From Vitrella brassicaformis CCMP3155 (lineage: Eukaryota > Protista > Chromerida), in contig CDMY01000378.1 in the NCBI GenBank assembly GCA_001179505.1, positions 30,403-94,402 on the forward strand: a DNA stretch of 64,000 nt, written 5' to 3'. Below the pieces are notes generated by a model that did not search any database, was not told where the DNA came from, and saw only the letters and a list, made by a program, of their open reading frames with translations. This document shows positions 38,680 to 48,500 of the stretch, piece by piece (the first letter of the stretch is position 1; each line of letters begins with the position of its first letter). A program made the position numbers and the translations under genes.

Positions 38680-39359
38680 ACAGAGAGGGTGTGTGGGAGG
38701 CGCGGAGGTAGGGTGGTATTGTGTGCTGGTTGATGGAATGCTCATGCATGTCATTGACTGACTAGCTGGTCGGTGCAGCGTGTGTTAACTGATGGATGGA
38801 TGGATGAATGCCCCCTTTAGCATGCACGCCATGCATCAAGAAGGCAGCGAGGAGGCATTGCTCGGGCACCGCACGCAAGGCCGTCCATTCCATTCCTTCA
38901 TTGGCAAACCGAAACTCCATCCATCCGTCCAATGCCTGGTCTGTCATTCAGGCAGGGATGTCCATCAATTAACCTTCTCGCCAGACGCAAGCACAGACAC
39001 ATCGGCGGGCGGGCAAAATGGTCCTTATTAGCTGGAAGCACCCTTCTCTCTGTCTCGCTCACCATCGGTATATGACGCATCGACGCACTAAATCACCGGC
39101 CACTCACTCATGCCATGCACACAGCTGCACACACAGACACGAGAAAGAGGGGGCTGGCTCACTCAGTACACAGATGGCCTGTCACTTGAGCCCAAAAACG
39201 CCACACACATCACATCAGATGACACAACCCGGCCCACCCAGGCCAGGCAGGGGGCACGGCATATGCACATGGCAGGCAGACAGGCAGGGAATGCTGGCAA
39301 GCAGGTGGACAAATAGACCAGCTGCTCACCTCGGATCAATCTTGGCTGGCTGCCGTAGG

Positions 39360-42300
39360 CTAGGTGGTGTGCTGCACGTGGCTACCGTACTCATCCCTCC
39401 CTCCCTCGGCAACACCGCAGTACGTACGCACAGTGCAGTCAGTATAGTCTGTACGCATGGCATGCACTGCGCCGTCCGTGCAGTGTGTGTGTGTGTGTGT
39501 GTGGATCAGAACGGACTTGCCTGTCTCCTCGCCTTGCCCCCCCGCCCCGACCCCCATTTGCTCGGACTGCCTGGCGGATGCCCACTCGCCGATGTGTTGG
39601 CATCCGTGGCGATCTGCAGACCACCACCCACACCCCCCTGGCCCGACCCCGAACGCCCTTCGCCTATTCTCCCCCTGGACTTGTTGCTGCCGGGGCTTTC
39701 CCGCCGGCTGCCGGCCTCTGCAGCTGTGGAGGCCTGCTGGTGACTGCTGCTGATGGGGAGGGGGGCTGGCAGGGGCGCCTTTGCGGCCTTCTTGTCCTTC
39801 TCACGAGACAATTTGGCAGCAGGAGTGTAGAAGGCCATGCCACCTAACACCACACACACAGACAGAGACGGGGGGGGGAGGGGGGGAGGGACAGATGAGG
39901 TCAGCTGAGCTTGCCGGGTGTGACTTGACTTGGTGTGATGGGCTGTTTCGTTTCCCACCTGTTATGAATATGTTGTCTTTGTCGGACGTACTGACGGCCG
40001 TGTACTTGAGCCGATGACCCTCACGGTAAAAGACATAATGCTGGACAGACAGACAGACAGACACAGACAGGTGCAACGCGCTCTTCGTTGCCGCACATCA
40101 TGGCAGGTCAGGTAATACACACCTGGAGTATGAGCAGTATGTCGTAGGCCATAGACGCGCCACCGATCAGCATCTTGGGGATGTTCTCCAGGATGTAGTC
40201 GGCGTCACTGAATGCTATCGCATCGATGCAGTTCTGCAGCAGCGAAAAAATGCCTCCACTTATGTCCAGCAAGATCTGCTGGATCGCCATACCTATCCAA
40301 TCCACACACACACACACACACGTGGAGGTCGGCCAATGCAGCGATGGATAGGCTCACTCACCCTTGGTTGATTTGTTCCTGTAGTTCAAAAGGATCTGAG
40401 GAATATACTTGACTATCGTGATGAAGGCCTTCACCAAACCTGATTGATGATTTATCGACACACAGTGACATCCATGGTGTGGGTGTGTTGTTGGCCCCTC
40501 CATCCCTCCCTCCCTCCCCTCCCCCTTGCTCGGCTCGGCTCACCAAGATAGGAGACGACACTCCACCCCTGCAGGCTCCACAGAAGCGTCGACACCCCAG
40601 CCCCTCCCGATATAGAGCTCTCCACCGCACCAAGCTGCCGCCTCCTGTGGCCGTCGTCAGCTGCCAGGAAGCCATCCAGTGCCCTCCGCCAGTGCGTCGA
40701 GTCCCTCAACGACCCCTCAACATTGGCTGTGGCGGGCAGCGCGTGGTGGTGGTGGATGGTGTACCATGGGATGACCCCCATGCTGGCCATCCCCATCTGC
40801 ACTACCAGCAGCAGGATGAGAGCCCCTGAGAGGATCCGTGCGGGCCAGCCGATGGTCTGCCCGCCCTTCTCGTAGATGAGGATCTGGTAGCCGAGCACCG
40901 AGCAGATGAATAGGGCGTGCACCGAGAAGAAGACGTCGTGCAGCTCCACTGCAAAGGCCAGGTTGTGGCGGATCTGGATCACGTAGCGCACCACGGTGTA
41001 GGTGCTGTAGGCGGCGAACCCGACGATATTGAGCCAGGCCAAGTCAAAGGAGAAGCCGACACATGACTTCCTGGTGTAGTTGAGCCACACTTGGGGGTAG
41101 AAGGAGAAGGTCCAGCAGAAGACATAGATCACGCCGCACGCCGATGACAGGAACTCCAGAATCTGGAAGATCACGTGCTGCTCGTCCGCGGCTGCGAGTG
41201 GAGCCTCCTCCTGGTCCTCAATGAAGCTGTCGGCTGGCTTCCACTCCTCGTCTCTGCCCGCCCTGGCCATGTCCTTGACCATGTTGCCCCGCTTCCTGCC
41301 CTTGTTGGCACGCATGTCCTCCTGCCGGCTGACGTTGCGGTGGGTGGCGTTGGAGGTGCGGTTCGTGCCGCCGCTCCGCTGCTGCTGGTCGCCCTCAGTG
41401 ACCTCCATCTCATCTGGGTCGCTCTCCCTGTCCACCAAAGCACCCAGCGAGTCGCCCGCTGACGGGGTGTCGCAATCCGCACCGCTGGCGCTATCGCATT
41501 CGGACGGCGATGCAACCTGCCAAAGACAACCACCAGCCAAGAGATCCACATATCCATCGGAACAGCACTCGTTCGCTCAGTCGGTCTATCTATCGGCTCT
41601 CTGCCACCTCTCACTGACTGACCAGTGTGACGGGGTCGTCGGTGAGGAGTTCGTACATTTTGTCCCAGAGCTTGCCGGTGACGAGCAGCTTGTGTGTCCA
41701 GATGTTGTTCTTGAAGGCGATGCCGTTGAGGACGTCCCGCTTCCCGTTGCCGGCCGTGTTGCTCAGGTGCACCCCCTTCAGCCCCAGCTCCCCCAGGCAG
41801 TCGCCCGTCGTGGGGTCCACTCTGACGATGTACTCCTGGAACCACACGTTGGCGTACACGAACGGAGTCACGTACTCGATCTCATTGAGCTCTTCAGTCG
41901 GCACACCGTTGAAGCACGACACCTCCCGGGCCGCACGCACGTCGACAGACGAGGCGTCGGCCGGGATGCGCAGCTCCATGACGTAGGCTGACCCGTTGGT
42001 GGCGTAGAAGGTCCCCGGCTCCTCGGCGTCGTGTGCGTAGGCCAGGCCCCAGCCGTCGTAGGGATAGTCGAGCTCATTCAGCAGCTCCAGTGTGGTCAGG
42101 TTGTAGACGAGTATACGCTTCTCCCGCCAGGTGAGGACGAAGACGCGGCCGTTCCAGATGGCCGCCCCCTCGGCGAAGAACTTGTCGGGGATGTTGGTTT
42201 CCTTGAGGAGGGTCAGGTCGGGGTAGGTGTATTTCTTGATGCGCGACTTGCGGTAGAGGCCGCAAGTCTCAAGAACTGTCGTGTTGTCGATGAACAATAG

Positions 42301-42568
42301 ACCCTGCAGCGCAGCGCAGCAAGGACGGAAGGAAGGAAGGTTGACTCACAAAGGGCCAGTGAGGGACAGGCAAAGAGGGACGGAAGGCGCCACCTCAACA
42401 GTCATCGCATACGTACGTACGTACCTGTGTGAAGCACTCATGGTCGTGGTCCAGCACACGATTCACCTGATATGCCAAGTCACTCGGAGCGGCCACTGCT
42501 CCACTGCAGGCAAGGACGACCAAGACAACAGCTGTCCGCAAAAAGCGCCTCGCCATCACCGTCCTCAT
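39360..42568 (-). CDS. Fusion: signal peptide + plant/bacterial-type glutaminyl-peptide cyclotransferase + cystinosin (PQ-loop 7TM)
   Basis: QC: HDHECFTQGL, ETCGLY, FFAEG, LTWRE, GWGL, LNEIEY, ANVW, DVLNGIA, VTGKLW. Cystinosin: WTFSFYPQV, LNIVGF, HDVFFSVHA, VKYIPQ, LLDISGG, YDILLILQHY. Joined by a phase-0 intron at 41517-41622 (GTCAGT...GGCAG). The 3' tail is tentative. Confidence 0.85.
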
Positions 42569-42737
42569 CCGGTCGCAGCCTTCTTGCTGTGGCTTAGTCT
42601 TCATGCCCGTGTTGTCAAGGACGCGGCATCAAGCGAGATAGAGGACAGCCCTCTTTCAAGGTCTCTCGAGGCAAGAAGGTCTCTGGGGAGAGATGACCAA
42701 GCTCGAGGCGGCGAGAAGCCGTCTGCTTCCTGACCTT

Positions 42738-42752
42738 TGCGAGCTAGCTCGC
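42738..42752. promoter_or_regulatory. Palindrome (T)GCGAGCTAGCTCGC between the QC-cystinosin and PKS starts
   Basis: Two back-to-back half-sites forming a 14-bp perfect palindrome at 42739-42752. Confidence 0.5.
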
Positions 42753-42904
42753 GTTAACGGCTGTGGTTCGCTATGCGTATGTGGAGGTTGCTTCTGTGAC
42801 ATGCGCACGAGGCATCGGAGGAGTGGGCTGTGAGGCTGCAGTGAATCACAGCCCAGATCATCGTGGTTGATTGACTTATCTCTCTTCCCTCTGTGTGTTT
42901 GGCC

Positions 42905-45510
42905 ATGCCGAACACTCAGAGCTCATCGGGGAGCAGCTGGGAGGTGCCTGCCAGGCCAGTGCCTGAGGACCTCAAGCAGCTGCACAAGCTTTATGGCGAC
43001 TCGGCCTTCGGCAAGACGCTCGCCAAGTGGGCCAAGGAGATGCCTGACGCGCGTGCCATCACCTGGCTGGACCGCAACAAGGACGAGCGGCTGCAGGAGA
43101 GCAAGACCTTCACATACCGGGAGCTCTTGAGGGAGGTGCAGCGGCTGGGTGCCTATCTGACTGACGAGCTGGGACTCGAGCTGGGTGATCGGGTGATCCT
43201 GTGCTACCCGCCCGGCGCCGACTTCAACATCGCCTTCCTCGCCTGCCTCTACACGGGCATCGTTGCAGTGCCCGTCATCCCCCCTGACCCCAGCAAGCTC
43301 AAGGTCGATGTGCCACGGTTGTGTGACATCGCCGAGAGCAGTGAGGCACGCCATGCGCTCACCAACGCCTACTACTCAAGGATCAAGATGGCCTTCGCCG
43401 TGCGCGCCCTGTCGGTGGACACCCGGTGGAGATCCATTGAGTGGCAGGTCCCCGCCAAAGTGATCGAGCACAAGAAGGGCGACGACACAGAGGCCGAGGC
43501 CACCCCCCCATCGATTGGCCTGAGCGACATCGCCTTCCTGCAGTTCACGTCGGGGTCCACATCGACGCCGAAGGGCGTGATGGTGACGCACGGCTCGCTG
43601 CTGCACAACGTCCACTGCTGCATCACGGCCTACGGCTGGGACAGCAAGCTCGACGACCCCACCATCCCCAACATCACAGCGACGGGGCAGCCCTACACCA
43701 GGACGCGCGACATCCTGTTGCAGCGGTCAGAGGTCAGCCAGCGGGTGCGGGGGCACCGCTTGAGGTGCTTCTCATGGCTCCCCGTCTACCACGACATGGG
43801 GCTCATCGGGTTCCTGTGCACGCCCCTCTTCTTTGGATGCGAAATTTTTCAAATGTCACCTCTGGAGTTCATCAAGACGCCGCATCTGTGGCTGCAAGGT
43901 ACGTACGCTGAAGGATCCTCATGCATCAATCCAATCAATCCATTCATTCATTCATTGGTGCGGTGCCTGCCTGTCTGCCTACCTGACCTGCGTGCATCTT
44001 GGTCTGCTCAGGCATGAGTCGATTCAAGGCTGATGCGTGTGCGGCGCCCAACTTCGCCTTTGAGCTGGTGGTGCGCAAGATGCCCGAGGACGTGTTCGAG
44101 GAGCTGGACCTCAGTCACGTGGCGGGCTTCCTCTGCGGAGCAGAGCCAATCAGGGCGGCCACCGTAGACAAATTCGTCAAGGTACTCACGGGCGTGTTTG
44201 AAGAGGGAGGGCGGCGGGCAATCAATGCATGGATCGACCAACAAAAGAGAACACGATGGCTGTCTGTGTCTGTGTTGTTTGTTTATTCACCATCATCAGA
44301 AATTCGCGAGCAAGGGTGTGACTCCCAGCAAGTTTCTGCCGGCATTTGGGTTGGCCGAGAACACCCTGTTTGTGTCGGGCCGCAAAGACATCGACAGCGA
44401 GCCTCTCATCATCACCGTCAACGCAATGAAACTCAGGAGCCAAGTGAGCCAACACAAGCAAACAACACACAAGCAAGCAATCAATCAATCAATCAGTGCT
44501 GCGAGGAAGCAGACAGACAGACAGACAGACATGCATCATCAGCACGGCACGGCGGGCATTTGCAAGCCACACACGTTCGTCTGTCTGTCTGTGGTGTTGC
44601 GTCTTGTGTGTGCAGGGTGTGGTTGAGTTGGTGGATGGAGCCGACATGGATGGCGAGCACGAGGGGGAGTACCAGCGGCTCGTCGGATGTGGCGTACCCT
44701 TCTCTGGCATTGACGGTACGCAAACCATCACTGAGGTCGCTCATCAGAGATTCATCGGTTTGCTTTGTCCTCTGTCATTCATTGCTGCAGTCCGTATTGT
44801 TGATCCCGAGACGATGAAGGAGCTGCCAGAGGGCCACTGTGGCGAGGTGTGGATGATGTCAGGCAGCACGGCTCGTGGCTACTTCAACCAGCCAGAGAAG
44901 ACGCAGGAGTCGTTCAATGGGCAGTGCATCTACCTGACAGGCGACAAGTCGGAGCCCTTGTACCTGCGCACAGGCGACAAGGGCTTCATCTACAAGGGGG
45001 AGCTGTTCATCGCCGGCCGCATCAAAGACATGATCATCGTCTACGGCCGCAACTACTTCCCGCAGGACATCGAGGAGGCCGCCGAGAGGTGCGAGGCGGT
45101 CCGCGGGGGAGGCGTCGCGGCCTTCTCGCTGGAGGTGGATGACCACGAGCGGCTGGGCCTGGCCGTGGAGATCAAGGAGACCAAGGAGGAGAAAGGCATG
45201 TGGGGATGGCTGTCGCGGCTGGGGCAGGGGGACGCCGGCAAGCAGCAGTACAAGGAGCTGAGCCGCGAGATATGCAAGGCCGTCTCGGGCAAGATCGGCC
45301 TGGCCGTCTACCGCATTTGGCTAGTCAAACCAAAAACCATAAGCAAGCACAAGACAAGTTCGGGTGAGGGGATGCGCTGCACACACTCACACGTACACAA
45401 AGGCGTGCCCGTCAAATTGATTCGTGCACTCCTTCTCCCCCTTTCCCTGTCTGTGTGGTCAGGCAAGGTGCGTCGTTTCAAGGTGCGTGACCTTCTTCTC
45501 AAGAAGGAGC
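42905..45510 (+). other. PKS loading domain: fatty acyl-AMP ligase (FAAL)
   Basis: DRVILCYPPG.DF..AFLACLYTG.VAVP; FLQFTSGSTSTPKGV; SWLPVYHDMGLIG; APNFAFEL; FGLAENT; YLRTGDKGF; GRIKDMII; KTSSGKVRR. Confidence 0.93.
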
Positions 45511-48500
45511 TGCCGGGTATCATCTGGGACGAGGTCGTGGGCCACGACACCCACAAGAAGGAGGCAGCAGCACAGCAGCAACCCACAGACGAGGCGGCAG
45601 CAGCGGCCGAGCCCAAGCCTGCCGCAGGAGCAGACAAGGAGGAGTCCCCGAGCGCCGCTGCTCGCAGGCGGCCGCCCAGCGCCCCTGTCGCCACACAGGA
45701 GGCAGCGAGGCGTGGCGAGAGGAGCGCCACCAAGGACCTTTCCATCGCAGAGAGGAGGGAGATGGTCCAGTCGGCAGTGGTGGCGTCGGCGGGCAAGATC
45801 CTCGGTGACGCCGACACATTTGACTTCGACGCGCCCCTTCACGAACTGGGTGTGGACTCGATCGGTGCGGTGGAGTTTGCCGAGGACGTGTCCAAGGCGC
45901 TGTCGCTGACCATCGAGCCCACGCTCGTCTTCAACTACCCCACCATGAACGACATCATCGACTTTCTCGTCGGCGAGCTCGAGGGCCGCGCCGCCGAGGA
46001 GGCCGCACAGGAGGGCGGCACACTGGTGGGCGGCATCCGGGCAGACGAGCCCATCGCCATTGTGGGTGCGGCGTGCCGTCTGCCGGGCGGCAGCTCGTCT
46101 CTGGAGTCGCTGTGGGAGCTGCTGAGCACAGGCGGCGATGCGATAGTGGAGGTGCCGCGGTCGCGGTGGGACGTGGACGAGCACTACGACCCCGACCCCG
46201 ACCTGGAAGGCAAGATGTACATACGGGAGGGCGGCTTCATCGACGACGCCGAGATGTTCGACGCCGCCTTCTTCCGAATCGGCCCAGCGGAGGCCAAGGC
46301 CATGGACCCCCAGCAGCGCGTGCTGCTCGAGGTCTCATACGCAGCCCTCCACAACGCGGGCTACTCGCGTGAGATGCTCACGCGCAGCCAGATCGGCGTG
46401 TTCGTCGGGTGCTGCTCATTCGACTGGTACCACGTGCACAACCAGATGGGCCTCAGCGTGAGCAGCTACAGCGCCACCAGCGCCGCGGCATCGATCCTCG
46501 GCAACCGCATCTCCTACATCCTCGGCCTGCAGGGACCGTCCATGACGGTCGACACGGCGTGCTCGTCATCGCTCGTCGCCCTCGACATTGCCATCTCCAA
46601 CCTGCGACGAGGTGTGTGCAGCACGTGTGTGGGCGCGGGCATGAACCTGATGCTCAATCCACAAGTCACGGTGGCCTTCTGCAAAGCGCGCATGATGGCG
46701 CCGGACGCCCGGTGCAAGACATTCGATGCGTCGGCCAACGGCTATGTGCGGGGCGAGGGCGGCGCCGCCATTGTCCTGAAGCGACTCTCTGACGCTTCAC
46801 CCGACTCGGTGGGCGTGTTGGCCTGTCTGCGAGGCACAGCCGTCAACCATGGGGGCAGGGCAGCCAGCCTCACAGCTCCCAGCGGCCCGGCCCAGCAGCA
46901 GGTCATCAGGTCGGCGCTGCGGCAGGCCGGCCTCCGACCATCATCAATCGACTTCGTGGAGACGCACGGCACGGGCACTTCACTCGGCGACCCCATCGAG
47001 GTGGGTGCCCTCAAGGCCGTGTTTGCGGGAGGGCGGGACTCGGAGCACCCGCTGCTGCTCGGCGCCCTCAAGACCAACATGGGCCACTTGGAGGGTGCGG
47101 CGGGGATTGCCGGCGTGCTGAAGGCGGTGCTGGTACTGCAGATGAACGAGGCCCCGCCAAACCTCCACTTCAGCTCCCTCAACCCCCACATCGACATCGA
47201 CGGCTTCCCCGTCGGATTCCCCAGTGGCACGGAGACCCTCCCACTCAAACCACCGCCCGGCAGGCGGCTGCTGGCCGGCGTTAGCTCATTCGGCTTCGGC
47301 GGCACCAACGCCCACGTCATCCTCGAGGAGGCGCCGCCAGACCTGGCTAAGCGGAGCGAGTCAGAGGCCATCAAGGAGCTCACCCCGTCGACTGCATTCC
47401 TATTCACCGGTCAGGGATGCGAGTATGTTGGCATGGGGCGGCAGCTGTACGAGAGAGAGCCCGAGTTTCGCCATGCTTTGGATCGATGCAACGACGAGCT
47501 CAAGCCGTTCCTGCCGGTGCAGCTGCTGGACCTGCTCTACCCCACTGCCGACCGCGTCAGCGAGATGGAGCAGCTCATGCGGCAGACCAAGTACGCCCAG
47601 CCGGCCCTCTTCGCCTTCGAGTGGTCACTGGCGCAGCTGTGGAAGTCCAAGGGAGTCGCCCCGGAGGTGGTCATCGGCCAGGGGCTGGGCGAGACTGTCG
47701 CGGCCGTCGTTGCGGGCGTCTTCAGCCTCGAGGACGGTCTGCAGCTGACGGCGCAGCGAGCCAGTATGTTGTCGGAGCTTCACGCCGGCGAAACGGTCAT
47801 GGCGGCGTGCCGAGCGAGCGAGGAGGAGGTGGAAGTGGCCATGGCGGAGGTGGGACCGGGCAACTGCAGCTCCGTGGCCCTCGCTGTCATCAACGGGCCC
47901 AAGAGTGTGGTGCTGTCGGGCAAGAAGGACGAGGTGGAGCTGGTGCTGCGGGCAATCGGGCTGCTCGCACACTGCAAGTACCTCCCTATCGACCTCCCCT
48001 TCCACTCGCCACTCATGAACGAGGCGGTCGCGCCGCTCGCTCAGCTCATGACGGCCTTCGACATGAACATGCCTCAGATGAGGATGGTGTCGGCGAGGAC
48101 CGGCGACTTTGTCGGCCGCGAGGTGTCCACAGCACGCTTCTGGGCGGAGGGCGTGGCGCAGCCTATGCGCTTCAGTGACGGCATTCGCACAGTGGTGGCA
48201 TCTGGCGCACGAGTCATGATCGAGATCGGCCCGAGGGAGATCCTCAAGAAGATGGCGCAGCAGAATGTGTCGGGCGAGACGGGCGAGCTGACGTGGATCG
48301 CATCTCTCCAGCAGGGCGTGGACGAGGTCGAGGGACTCAAGGAGGCCGTGCAGACCTGCGTCATAGCCCGCGATGCTGTGCATCGGCAGCAGTCACGTGA
48401 GCGGCGGGCGACCGAGGCGGGCATCCTGGTGTACCACCGGCAGCCCTTCCCATGGGTGGAGATCCCTCACCCCCTGCTGGGGCGGAAGCGCAAGACGACA

